Positions 26,149 to 34,961 of a DNA stretch of 37,273 bases are shown piece after piece; position 1 is the first letter of the stretch, and each line of letters starts with the position of its first letter. Source of the stretch: Eubacteriales bacterium (lineage in GTDB: Bacteria; Bacillota; Clostridia; Oscillospirales; CAG-382). The position numbers and the translations under genes were made by a program. The notes beneath the pieces are model-generated. The model saw nothing but the letters and a program-made list of their open reading frames with translations. It was not told the DNA's origin and did not search any database. The stretch is from contig JAZOLW010000077.1 of the NCBI GenBank assembly GCA_045653405.1, forward strand, positions 1 through 37,273, written 5' to 3'.

Positions 26149-27336
26149 ATGACAAAAATTGATATATTCTCAGGATTTCTCGGTGCCGGCAAGACAACAC
26201 TTATCAAAAAGCTGATTTCAGAGGCCTACAAGGGCGAGAAGTTAGTGCTTATCGAAAACGAATTCGGTGAAACAGGTATTGACGGCGGATTTCTCAAAGA
26301 ATCAGGCATCCAGATAAACGAAATGAATTCGGGATGCATCTGCTGCAGCCTTGTGGGTGACTTTACAGAAGCTCTTTCCAAGGTGCTTGACGAATATCAG
26401 CCTGACAGAATCCTTATTGAGCCTTCGGGTGTAGGAAAGCTCAGCGACGTCATAAAGGCAGTTTCGGGTGCAGGAAACGGAAAAGCACACCTTGGCTCTG
26501 CCGTTACCGTTGTTGACGCAAACAAGTGCAAGATGTATATAAAGAACTTCGGTGAATTCTTTATCGACCAGGTGGAAAATGCTAAAACCGTAATTCTCAG
26601 CCGTACCGCAGGCATTTCCGAAGAAAAGCTTGAAAAGTGCCTTGAACTTTTAAGAGAGCACAACAAGGATGCCGTTATAATCACAACCGACTGGAACGAG
26701 CTTGATGGCAAACAGATTCTTGAAGCTATGGAAAACACAAAAACTCTTGAAAAAGAGCTTGAAGAAATGGCACATGAGCATAAGCATCATCACGAACATC
26801 ACCACCACGAGCATGGCGAACACTGCGGTTGCGGTTGTCACGATCACGAACACGAGCATCATCACGATCACGAGTGCCACCACGAGCATCACCACCACGA
26901 GCACGGCGAACACTGTGAATGCGGTTGCCATGACCATGACCATGAGCATGAACATCATCACGACCACGACTGCCATCACGAGCATCACCACCACGAGCAT
27001 GACGAACACTGCGATTGCGGTTGCCATGACCACGAACACGGACATCACCATCATCACGCAGACGAGGTGTTCTCAAGCTGGGGCACCGAAACAGCTCACA
27101 AGTTCACAGTTGAGGAAATCGAAGAAGCACTGCACCGTCTTGACAATACTGAGGAATTCGGCTTTGTTCTCAGAGCAAAGGGCATTGTTCCCCTTACCGA
27201 CGGCACATGGGCACATTTTGACTATGTACCCGAAGAACACAACGTCAGAATCGGAAGTGCCGAAATTACAGGAAAAATCTGCGTAATCGGTTCAAAGCTC
27301 GCCGAAGAAAAACTTCCTGCACTTTTCGGGATATAA
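26149..27336 (+). CDS. COG0523/CobW-family G3E GTPase metallochaperone with an expanded His/Cys-rich linker
   Basis: Start at the ATG at 26149 (AAGGA upstream). P-loop GFLGAGKTT, ENEFGE, CxCC motif GCICCS, IEPSG, then a ~95-aa His/Glu/Cys repeat region and a CobW_C-like C-terminal domain (FGFVLRAKGIV...ICVIGSKL). Confidence 0.85.
   Translation: MTKIDIFSGFLGAGKTTLIKKLISEAYKGEKLVLIENEFGETGIDGGFLKESGIQINEMNSGCICCSLVGDFTEALSKVLDEYQPDRILIEPSGVGKLSDVIKAVSGAGNGKAHLGSAVTVVDANKCKMYIKNFGEFFIDQVENAKTVILSRTAGISEEKLEKCLELLREHNKDAVIITTDWNELDGKQILEAMENTKTLEKELEEMAHEHKHHHEHHHHEHGEHCGCGCHDHEHEHHHDHECHHEHHHHEHGEHCECGCHDHDHEHEHHHDHDCHHEHHHHEHDEHCDCGCHDHEHGHHHHHADEVFSSWGTETAHKFTVEEIEEALHRLDNTEEFGFVLRAKGIVPLTDGTWAHFDYVPEEHNVRIGSAEITGKICVIGSKLAEEKLPALFGI
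26785..27057 (+). repeat. Three in-frame tandem repeats (93, 96, 84 nt) encoding His/Cys-rich units
   Basis: Units are 26785-26877, 26878-26973 and 26974-27057. They encode HHHEHHHHEHGEHCGCGCHDHEHEHHHDHEC, HHEHHHHEHGEHCECGCHDHDHEHEHHHDHDC and HHEHHHHEHDEHCDCGCHDHEHGHHHHH. The copies differ by scattered substitutions. Confidence 0.9.
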
Positions 27337-27360
27337 AACTGTTTATAAATTGGAGTTAAG

Positions 27361-28323
27361 ATGAATAATATAAGAGAAATACCCGTATACCTGTTCACAG
27401 GTTTTCTTGAGGCGGGTAAAACAAAGTTTATACAGGAAACCTTTGAGGATGAGCGTTTCAACAACGGCGAGAACACATTGCTCCTTGTGTGTGAGGAAGG
27501 CGAAGAAGAATATGACAAGTCACATTTCAAGGGAGAACTTGGCAAATTCCACGCTGAATATGTTGATTCTGCCGAGGACCTCACTCCGGAATTTCTTTCA
27601 AAACTGCAGCATAAATATGACATTGACAGATGCATAATAGAATATAACGGGATGTGGATGCTGGACGACTTGTATGCTGCCCTTCCCGAAGGCTGGGTAA
27701 TTTATCAGGAAATTATGTTTGCCGAAGCAGGTACATTCCTTGGTTACAACACAAATATGAGAAGTCTTGTCTACGATAAGCTCAAGAGCTGTGAGCTGGT
27801 TGTTTTTAACCGTGCAGACACTGACAGCTTTGATAAAATGGAGTTCCACAAGATTGTAAGAGCCGTATCAAGACGTACAAACATTGCTTACGAATACAGC
27901 GACGGAACTGTTGAATACGATGATATTGAAGACCCGCCGCCATACGATATGAACGCCCCCATCATTGAAATCAAGGATGAGGACTATGCCTTCTGGTATG
28001 CTGATTTTTCAGAAAAGCCTCAGGAATATAACGGAAAAACAATCCGTATGAAAGTAATGGTCGCAAAAAATAAGAATCTCCAGAGCGGAGAAATGGTTAC
28101 AGGCAGAAAGCTGATGGTCTGCTGTGCAGACGACGTTCAGTTCAAGGGAATGTTATGCCTTTGCGACAAAGCAGAAAAATATAAGTCGGGAGACTGGATA
28201 ATTCTCACCGCAAAAATAGTTTTTGAAAATCACCGTCTTTATAAGGGACAAAAGGGTCCCGTACTGTATGCAAATACAGTTAAAAAGTCTGAAAAACCCG
28301 AAGTGGAAGTAGCATCTTTCTGA
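27361..28323 (+). CDS. Divergent CobW-like N-terminal domain fused to a DUF1980/TIGR03943-like CCxxD C-terminal domain
   Basis: 320 aa. The N-terminus (IPVYLFTGFLEAGKTKFI) keeps GxxxxGKT but lacks ENEFG and CxCC. The C-terminal ~100 aa (GKTIRMKVMV...GRKLMVCCADDVQFKGMLCLCD...GDWIILTAKI) resembles the YcgQ-type domain. RBS GGAG. Confidence 0.65.
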   Translation: MNNIREIPVYLFTGFLEAGKTKFIQETFEDERFNNGENTLLLVCEEGEEEYDKSHFKGELGKFHAEYVDSAEDLTPEFLSKLQHKYDIDRCIIEYNGMWMLDDLYAALPEGWVIYQEIMFAEAGTFLGYNTNMRSLVYDKLKSCELVVFNRADTDSFDKMEFHKIVRAVSRRTNIAYEYSDGTVEYDDIEDPPPYDMNAPIIEIKDEDYAFWYADFSEKPQEYNGKTIRMKVMVAKNKNLQSGEMVTGRKLMVCCADDVQFKGMLCLCDKAEKYKSGDWIILTAKIVFENHRLYKGQKGPVLYANTVKKSEKPEVEVASF

Positions 28324-28344
28324 TTTTAATCTTTAAACCAAACG

Positions 28345-28380
28345 GTTAATGAGAAGAATTCAGATATTCTTCTCATTAAC
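28345..28380 (+). terminator. Terminator hairpin after the CobW-like pair
   Basis: Perfect 15-bp stem GTTAATGAGAAGAAT / ATTCTTCTCATTAAC with a 6-nt loop, 22 nt after the stop. The T-tract is weak (CCGAACATTTT). Confidence 0.6.
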
Positions 28381-28513
28381 CCGAACATTTTCTATAACTT
28401 TGAAAATAAGCAGTCGGACATCACTGCAAAAAATACATAAGCAATCAAACAACCGATAAACCGCATATTTACATACGGTTTATCCCGCCATACCGAAAGG
28501 AAGATTTGACTAA

Positions 28514-30199
28514 ATGGCAAAAAACAATAAAAACAGAAACACCGAGAAGGTAAAAATTATCCCTCTCGGCGGTCTTGGTGAAATCGGCAGAAATATGACA
28601 GCCATAGAATATGAGGACGAGATAATTGTCATTGATGCAGGACTTGGGTTCCCCGACGAAAGTATGCTTGGCGTTGACCTTGTTATCCCCGATACAGCAT
28701 ATCTTGAAGAGAATGAAGAAAAGCTCAAGGGTATTCTTCTCACCCACGGACACGAAGACCACATCGGCGCACTCCCCTATGTTCTGCGCCTTATAAATCC
28801 CCCTGTATACGGAACACTTCTTACCCTTGGTATTCTTGAGGGAAAGTTAATTGAACACGGACTTGAAAAGGTTGCAAAGCTCAATCAGGTAAATTCAGGC
28901 GACGTTATAAAGCTCGGCAAATACTTCACTGCGGAATTTATCCGTGTAAACCATTCCATTGCCGATTCCTGCGCCATTGCAGTTACCTGCCCTGCAGGTA
29001 CAATTGTGTGCACAGGTGACTTCAAAATTGACCTCACACCCATTCAGGGCGAGCCTATAAATCTCACCCGCTTCGGAGAAATCGGAAAGAAGGGCGTGCT
29101 TGCAATGCTCGGAGAATCCACAAATGCAGAGCGTCCGGGCTTTACAATGTCCGAAAGAAAAGTCGGCAAATCACTTGACAACATCTTCAGAGGATGCGAC
29201 AAACGTATTGTTATATCCACCTTCTCCTCGAATGTGCACCGTGTACAGCAAATAATCGACTTCTCCCACAAGTACGGCAGAAAGGTTGCCCTCTCCGGCA
29301 GAAGTATGGTAAATGTAATTGCGGCGGCACAGAAGTTCGGATATATGGATATCCCCGAAGGAACTCTTATTGATATAAACGATATCAAGCGCTTCAAGCC
29401 CGAAGAACTGACAATCATCACAACAGGCTCTCAGGGTGAGCCTATGAGTGCTCTTTACAGAATGGCATTTGCAGAACACGATAAGGTTGCTCTTTCGGAT
29501 TCCGACCTTGTTGTAATCTCAGCAACAACTATCCCCGGAAACGAAAAGCTGGTTACAAAAATAGTAAATGAGCTTCACAAGAAGGGCGTAACACTTCTCA
29601 ACGATGCAGTGGCAGACGTACACGTTTCAGGTCATGCGTGCCAGGAAGAACTGAAAATAATTCAGTCCCTTGTAAAGCCTAAATATTTCATTCCCATTCA
29701 TGGCGAATACAGACATCTGAAAGCTCACGCCGACCTTGCCGCAGAAATGGGTGTTGAAAGAAAGAATATAATCATTCCCGATATCGGTATGGTAATCGAG
29801 CTGTCTGAGGATTCAGTAAAAACGCAGGACAGAGTTCAGTCAGGTAAGGTTCTCATTGACGGACTTGGAGTTGGCGACGTAGGAAGTGTTGTTCTTCGCG
29901 ACAGACGTCATCTTGCACAGGACGGACTTATTGTTGTTGTTGCGGCGCTTGACTTTGAAGCAAAGCAGATTGTATCGGGTCCCGAAATAGTTTCCCGCGG
30001 CTTTGTATATGTAAAGGAAGCAGAAGAACTTATGGAAGGTCTTCGCGCTATAGCGGAAGAAGCAATTGAAAAATGTTTTGACAACGATATTGAAGAATGG
30101 AACGCCATCAAAGGCAAGATAAAGGATGCTCTTACTACTACAATTTACAGCATCACAAAGCGTAAGCCTATGATTCTCCCCGTGCTGATGCGTATATAA
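28514..30199 (+). CDS. rnj: Ribonuclease J
   Basis: 561 aa: KIIPLGGLGEIGRNMT, beta-lactamase motif LTHGHEDHIGALPY, beta-CASP and C-terminal domain, as in canonical RNase J. Confidence 0.93.
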   Translation: MAKNNKNRNTEKVKIIPLGGLGEIGRNMTAIEYEDEIIVIDAGLGFPDESMLGVDLVIPDTAYLEENEEKLKGILLTHGHEDHIGALPYVLRLINPPVYGTLLTLGILEGKLIEHGLEKVAKLNQVNSGDVIKLGKYFTAEFIRVNHSIADSCAIAVTCPAGTIVCTGDFKIDLTPIQGEPINLTRFGEIGKKGVLAMLGESTNAERPGFTMSERKVGKSLDNIFRGCDKRIVISTFSSNVHRVQQIIDFSHKYGRKVALSGRSMVNVIAAAQKFGYMDIPEGTLIDINDIKRFKPEELTIITTGSQGEPMSALYRMAFAEHDKVALSDSDLVVISATTIPGNEKLVTKIVNELHKKGVTLLNDAVADVHVSGHACQEELKIIQSLVKPKYFIPIHGEYRHLKAHADLAAEMGVERKNIIIPDIGMVIELSEDSVKTQDRVQSGKVLIDGLGVGDVGSVVLRDRRHLAQDGLIVVVAALDFEAKQIVSGPEIVSRGFVYVKEAEELMEGLRAIAEEAIEKCFDNDIEEWNAIKGKIKDALTTTIYSITKRKPMILPVLMRI

Positions 30200-30229
30200 C
30201 AAACATTATATTTCAGAAAAGAAGATATT

Positions 30230-31180
30230 ATGAAAATAACGGATAAGATAACACAAAAGGCGTTCATAATGCCCAAAATCAAACCGAAATATCTCAACAG
30301 AGCAAAAAAATCCGAGCTTAAAGTTCTGTATAGCATATTTATGCACGGCGGTGATGTGGATATTTCCGAACTCTGCAACGAACTTGAAGAAACTGCGGAA
30401 ACAGTAAATGCAGCCCTTGCTTTCTGGCGATGTGCAGGAGTTATTGATGACGGTGACGATGAAGCGGCTGAAGAAAAAAATGTTTCGGATGTTCCCGACG
30501 ACAAGCCGCAGAGAAAAGAACCGCAGTCCAAAGCAAAAGCTCCCGATTCATATACCCTTACGGAAATTGCATCTGTCAGAGAAAGAGACTCCGCTTTCGG
30601 AAGTCTTGTTGACTACTTTGAAAAGATTTCGGGACATCTCTACAATTCTGCAGAGCAGGGCATTGTACTGTATCTGTACGATACGCTTGGTATTGACTGC
30701 GAGGTTATAATGGGTATTGCACAGTACTGTGCATCCCTTGGCAAAAACTCGGTGCGTTACATAGAAAAGACAGTAATCAACATAACTGAATCAGGCGTTA
30801 AAACTTATGCCGAGCTTGAAAGCTACCTTGCATCTCAGAAAAAAAATACAGATTTCAGAACTGCAGTAAAAGAAATAATAGGTGCAAAAGACCGCGCTCT
30901 TTCAAAAGCAGAGTGCACCCATATAGACAGATGGCAAAAGGAATACGGATGCGATCTTGAGCTTGTTTCCCTTGCTTATGAAAAGACCGTTGCCAAAATC
31001 AACAAGCCTCAGGTGTCCTATATGTCAAAGATTCTCGAAAGCTGGTATGAAAAGGGACTTAAAACACCTGCAGAAGTTGATGCCTTTTTCACCTCGTCCT
31101 CAGTAAACGGAAAAACAGATTCCGACGGCAGACTGGGATTCAATCTTGACGACATATTTGAAAAACCCGACCTTTCTTAA
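30230..31180 (+). CDS. DnaD-domain protein (two DnaB_2/DnaD-like repeats)
   Basis: 316 aa. After an acidic linker there are two DnaD-type modules (YFEKISGHLYNSAEQGIVLYLYDTLGIDCEVIMGIAQYC...; IDRWQKEYGCDLELVSLAYEKTV...YMSKILESWYEKGLKT). The start is ambiguous (30230 or 30269). Confidence 0.75.
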   Translation: MKITDKITQKAFIMPKIKPKYLNRAKKSELKVLYSIFMHGGDVDISELCNELEETAETVNAALAFWRCAGVIDDGDDEAAEEKNVSDVPDDKPQRKEPQSKAKAPDSYTLTEIASVRERDSAFGSLVDYFEKISGHLYNSAEQGIVLYLYDTLGIDCEVIMGIAQYCASLGKNSVRYIEKTVINITESGVKTYAELESYLASQKKNTDFRTAVKEIIGAKDRALSKAECTHIDRWQKEYGCDLELVSLAYEKTVAKINKPQVSYMSKILESWYEKGLKTPAEVDAFFTSSSVNGKTDSDGRLGFNLDDIFEKPDLS

Positions 31181-31198
31181 ATTCTCCCGGAGAGTGCT

Positions 31199-33400
31199 AT
31201 GAAAATAAAGAAAATCAATGCCGAGAGCTTCGGCAAACTGAAAAACAAACAAATAGATCTTGCCCCCGATATCAATGTTATTGTTGGCGCAAACGAGTCA
31301 GGCAAAAGCTCAGTGACCCGTTTTTTGCGGTTTATGCTGTACGGCTTTACATCTGTACGCGCCACGGAGCTTGCAAAAAATGACAAGAAGAAGTACACCC
31401 CCTGGGATGACACCTCCTGCAAGGGTACTATGGACGTAACTGCAAAAGACGTCGATTTCATTCTTCGTCGTGAGCAGACTGCCCGCGCAACACATTCCAT
31501 CACAGATGCATCGGGAGTTCCCGTGTTTCAAGGGCTGTCGGGCGGAGAAGCAATTCTCGGCGTAGATGCTGAAACCTTTGACAAAACTGCCCTTATCAGT
31601 TCGGGTGACGTGTTTTTTGAAGATGCGGTTTCTCTTTCAACCGCAATAAAGAATATGGTGTTTTCCGCAGACAGTGCTGTGGATTCCGATACAGCTCTCA
31701 AAAAGTTAGATACTCTTTGCCGTTCAATTCTCGGAAAGACTGAGAGAAGCGGCAGACTGTATGAAGCACGCGGCGAGCTTGCAGAACTTATAAACAGACG
31801 CACAGAGCTTGCCGATATGCACAGAGAACTTCTCGGCGCTCAGACATCTCTTGATAAAGTTCGTGCAAACATAGAAAAAAATAATGGGATTCTGGACAAG
31901 CTCCACGCAGAAAGAGATAATATTGATGCATACAACGCTTTGCAGACTATGGGAAAAATCGAGGCAGCGCAGAAAAAGGCTGACGACAGCCGCGCCGCCT
32001 ACGAAAACAAGAGTCTTGATATGTCGGTTGCAGGATTTGTACCCGACAGACAGTTCTTATCCGATATGAACGAAGCGCTTCTCGCCCTGACAGGAGCCGA
32101 AATGGCTGAAACAGGTGCGGTAAATGAGCTTAAATTTGCCGAAGAACATCTTAAAAACTGCTACAACAATCCCAAGCAGTTCAAATTTAACCAGAAGCTG
32201 AAATCGGCAGAAAAAACACCCGAAAGTCTTACGGAAGACATTTCATTGATGAAGGAAGAAATTAAGTCCCTTAAAAACAAATCGAAAATCTGCTTCTGTC
32301 TTTTCTTCCTCATAGTTCCCATATTTATCGGACTATTTTTCAACAGCAAGGCATCAAAAATTCAGAAAGAGCTTGAGAAACTCGCCCTTGCCTTTGAGTG
32401 TCCCGACCTTACCGAATTTGAATATATGCTTTCGGGATGCCGTCCGTCCGAAGAAGCGGCAGAAAACGCACAAAGACGTCTTGACTGCGCCAAAGCTTCT
32501 CTTGAACAGGCTGAAAACAGCCACGCCGTATGTGCAGGGAAGCTTGCAGATATGATGGAAAAAAGCGGATGTGCTGTGAATATTTCCGACACAGGAAATC
32601 TTCCAGCTAAGGCAAAAGAACATATCAAGAACATTGATGCAGATATCAGCAAACTTGAAGCTCTTGAAAATGTACTTAAAATTGACACAGCCTCCCTTGA
32701 CAGCCTGCTCAGTTCAATAGAAAGCCTTGAAAAGTTAAAGGAAAAAGCAGACAGCTACACAGAGAAAATTCCTCTGCGTGACATAAATAAAAACTCCCTT
32801 GAGCTTGATTTCTACACAAGAGCAAACGAAGGTCTTGCAGTTCAGGAGCGTGAATACGAAAAGCGAACTGCCGTAATCACTTCCAATATGGATAAGCCCG
32901 ACGAGCTTACAGCAAAAATTAATCTGCTCACAGAGGAAATAACAACTCTTGAAAAACAGCACGCGGCTCTCTCTATGGCAAAGGATGCAATAGAAACCGC
33001 ACACACAACAATGCGCGGTAATGTGTCCCCCATTCTTACAGAGAAAGCCTCTGCCCTGTTCAGCGAAATGACAGGCGGAAAATACATGGGACTGTATGTT
33101 GACAACGAATTACAGCTCACCTTCCTTGAAGAAGGCTCGGCAGAGTATAAGAGTGTTGACTACTTAAGTTCAGGCGCACTTGATGCAGCATACCTCAGCC
33201 TCAGAATAACACTTACACAGTATCTGTACGAAGAACCGCCGGTACTGATATTTGACGATGCATTCTCACGCTTTGACAACGAGCGTCTTGCAAGAGTATG
33301 CAAAATGCTTGAAAAACTGTCGGAGCAGTATCAGATAATAGTGCTGTCTTGCCACGAAAGAGAAGCGGAACTGCTGAAATGTAACACAATAAGAATTTAA
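31199..33400 (+). CDS. YhaN-like SMC/SbcC-type AAA ATPase with a membrane segment inside the coiled coil
   Basis: 733 aa: N-terminal Walker A (GANESGKSS), long coiled coil, hydrophobic segment ICFCLFFLIVPIFIGLFF (~nt 32285-32340), C-terminal signature YLSSGALD and Walker B VLIFDDAF. Confidence 0.75.
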   Translation: MKIKKINAESFGKLKNKQIDLAPDINVIVGANESGKSSVTRFLRFMLYGFTSVRATELAKNDKKKYTPWDDTSCKGTMDVTAKDVDFILRREQTARATHSITDASGVPVFQGLSGGEAILGVDAETFDKTALISSGDVFFEDAVSLSTAIKNMVFSADSAVDSDTALKKLDTLCRSILGKTERSGRLYEARGELAELINRRTELADMHRELLGAQTSLDKVRANIEKNNGILDKLHAERDNIDAYNALQTMGKIEAAQKKADDSRAAYENKSLDMSVAGFVPDRQFLSDMNEALLALTGAEMAETGAVNELKFAEEHLKNCYNNPKQFKFNQKLKSAEKTPESLTEDISLMKEEIKSLKNKSKICFCLFFLIVPIFIGLFFNSKASKIQKELEKLALAFECPDLTEFEYMLSGCRPSEEAAENAQRRLDCAKASLEQAENSHAVCAGKLADMMEKSGCAVNISDTGNLPAKAKEHIKNIDADISKLEALENVLKIDTASLDSLLSSIESLEKLKEKADSYTEKIPLRDINKNSLELDFYTRANEGLAVQEREYEKRTAVITSNMDKPDELTAKINLLTEEITTLEKQHAALSMAKDAIETAHTTMRGNVSPILTEKASALFSEMTGGKYMGLYVDNELQLTFLEEGSAEYKSVDYLSSGALDAAYLSLRITLTQYLYEEPPVLIFDDAFSRFDNERLARVCKMLEKLSEQYQIIVLSCHEREAELLKCNTIRI

Positions 33401-33405
33401 ATTAA

Positions 33406-33437
33406 CGGAACGGTCTTTGTGCCGTTCCGATATTTTT
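33406..33437 (+). terminator. Intrinsic terminator after the ATPase gene
   Basis: CGGAACGG-TCTTTGTG-CCGTTCCG followed by ATATTTTT. Confidence 0.7.
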
Positions 33438-33457
33438 GAAATCAAGGACAGATAATT

Positions 33458-34333
33458 ATGAAAAAATACGCGTGGCTCTTTATTCTTGCCGCAGGAATTC
33501 TTTGGGGTTCTATGGGTATGTTTGTGGACAGGCTGACGGATATGGGATTTACAACACTTCAGTCAGCGGCACTTCGCATATGCTCTGCGGCACTTATGTA
33601 TGTTATATTCGTGCTAATTACCAACAAAAAGCTCCTTAAAATAAGATTCAGAGATTTTCCCGTATTCTGCGGACTTGGAATACTCAGTATCCTTTCTATG
33701 ACCTGCTTTTATTTTCTCGCCATCCGTAATACGTCATATTCGGTTGCTGCAATTCTTCTTTACACTGCGCCCATAATGGTGTCGGTAATGTCTGCAGTGT
33801 TTTTTAAGGAGAAATTCGGCAAGGCAAAGCTCATTGCCCTGGCTATTGCCTTCCTCGGCTGTATTATGGTATCGGGCTTGAGTTCGGGAGAGAATATAAA
33901 GCCTGTGGGCATGCTGTTCGGACTTATTTCAGGTCTTGCCTATGCGCTGTACAGTATATTCGGAAAGGTTGCCCTTGAAAAATATCATCCGTATACAGTC
34001 AGCACCTATGCTTTTGTGTTTGCGGCGGCGGGTACACTGTTCGTGTGCGATATGCCCGGCATTATAAACACATCCGTACAGCAGGATGTTTCCCAACTCA
34101 TCATAAACATTGTGCTCACAGGACTTATAACGGCAGTTATGCCCTTTGTTCTGTACACGATTGGTCTCAAAAATACAGATGCAGGAAAAGCGGCAATAAT
34201 TGCCTCTGTCGAGCCTCTTGCGGCAACGGTATGCGGTGTGCTTAAAGGTCAGTCGCTGGGTTTGGGTGCGATTTGTGGAATTGTTTGCATACTTACGGCA
34301 GTTATCATTGTCAGTCTTCCGAAGAAAAAATAA
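33458..34333 (+). CDS. EamA/DMT-family transporter
   Basis: 291 aa with 10 hydrophobic segments in two EamA-like halves. RBS AAGGA. Confidence 0.85.
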   Translation: MKKYAWLFILAAGILWGSMGMFVDRLTDMGFTTLQSAALRICSAALMYVIFVLITNKKLLKIRFRDFPVFCGLGILSILSMTCFYFLAIRNTSYSVAAILLYTAPIMVSVMSAVFFKEKFGKAKLIALAIAFLGCIMVSGLSSGENIKPVGMLFGLISGLAYALYSIFGKVALEKYHPYTVSTYAFVFAAAGTLFVCDMPGIINTSVQQDVSQLIINIVLTGLITAVMPFVLYTIGLKNTDAGKAAIIASVEPLAATVCGVLKGQSLGLGAICGIVCILTAVIIVSLPKKK

Positions 34334-34360
34334 ATTACTGTTTAGAATCTGATTAAAATC

Positions 34361-34435
34361 AAAAAACCACCTGCATAGTTATGGAATATGCCGTTTTCGG
34401 TGAAATATCCAAACTTTGCAGGTGGTTTTCTTTTA
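34361..34435. terminator. Long composite hairpin, probable bidirectional terminator (left border of the low-GC islet)
   Basis: The outer 13-bp stem AAAACCACCTGCA / TGCAGGTGGTTTT (34363-34375 / 34417-34429) encloses an imperfect inner hairpin. There are T-runs on both strands. Confidence 0.55.
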
Positions 34436-34447
34436 GAAATTTATATG

Positions 34448-34636
34448 TTATTCATACTGTGATTTATCACTGTTAATAATTGCAGAGTCAATGTATCCCT
34501 CAGCCGCAAGATAGCTGATAATTGATATAATTACTGCTGTCAGACCCTCGGTTGTCTGGCCGGAGAGAATAACTCCAACACCGGTAAGCACACCTGCAAC
34601 CATTGCAATAAATTTTCTGCTTGTAAACTTGCTCAT
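34448..34636 (-). CDS. Small two-TM membrane protein, holin-like
   Basis: 62 aa, MSKFTSRKFIAMVAGVLTGVGVILSGQTTEGLTAVIISIISYLAAEGYIDS.... It has a basic N-terminus, two TM helices and a polar C-tail (class II holin-like topology). RBS GGAAAGGGGTG. Confidence 0.5.
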   Translation of the reverse strand: MSKFTSRKFIAMVAGVLTGVGVILSGQTTEGLTAVIISIISYLAAEGYIDSAIINSDKSQYE

Positions 34637-34660
34637 TCATTCACCCCTTTCCCTGTAGGT

Positions 34661-34912
34661 CTAATTATAATTTTTATGTACAGCCCGTTCAAGAACTTCT
34701 ATTCTTCTGGCTGCCGACTTGAGCTTTTCATCGTGGACTACTGCACGTTCTTCAAGTTCATAAGTGCGCTCTATAAGCGAATTGTGTTTTTCCACGTGTT
34801 TTTCAAGCTCTTTAAGTCTGTATTGAGTAAGCTTGCTGTTCAGCGCAATACCGCACATTGAGCCGATTGCACTTCCCGCAAGACCAATTATTGATACAAT
34901 TATTTCGTCCAA
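34661..34912 (-). CDS. Small N-terminal-TM plus coiled-coil protein (BhlA/UviB-like architecture only)
   Basis: Re-started at the TTG at 34912 (GGGAGGG lies 6 nt upstream). 83 aa: (M)DEIIVSIIGLAGSAIGSMCGIAL (TM), then a heptad-rich charged C-terminus (YRLKELEKHVEKHNSLIERTYELEERAVVHDEKLKSAARRIEVLERAV). The 138-aa ORF-track version has no RBS. Confidence 0.5.
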   Translation of the reverse strand: MDEIIVSIIGLAGSAIGSMCGIALNSKLTQYRLKELEKHVEKHNSLIERTYELEERAVVHDEKLKSAARRIEVLERAVHKNYN

Positions 34913-34961
34913 ACATCTACCCTCCCTTGTATCCAAAACAGTTTCGTTCTCTGTAGGATAT

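Noticed and set aside
26785-27057. Tandem repeats considered as a CRISPR-like or minisatellite array
   Set aside because: The repeats are contiguous with no spacers. They are in frame and inside a coding sequence, so they are coding tandem repeats, not a CRISPR array. No CRISPR array was seen anywhere in the window.
26650-27076. Long antisense and alternate-frame ORFs across the His-rich region (135-aa MMMVMSVFVV..., 116-aa Arg/Asp-rich, 194-aa Thr/Ile-rich)
   Set aside because: They are a by-product of the CAY/GAR codon repeat: the antisense of His codons reads Val/Met. They have no RBS and extreme composition, and they are fully embedded in a well-supported COG0523 gene.
34918-34920. Alternative ATG start, in another frame, just after the GGGAGGG RBS of the coiled-coil gene
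   Set aside because: That frame gives only a 34-aa Cys/Asn-rich peptide ending inside the gene. The in-frame TTG at 34912 yields a coherent TM plus coiled-coil protein with better RBS spacing.
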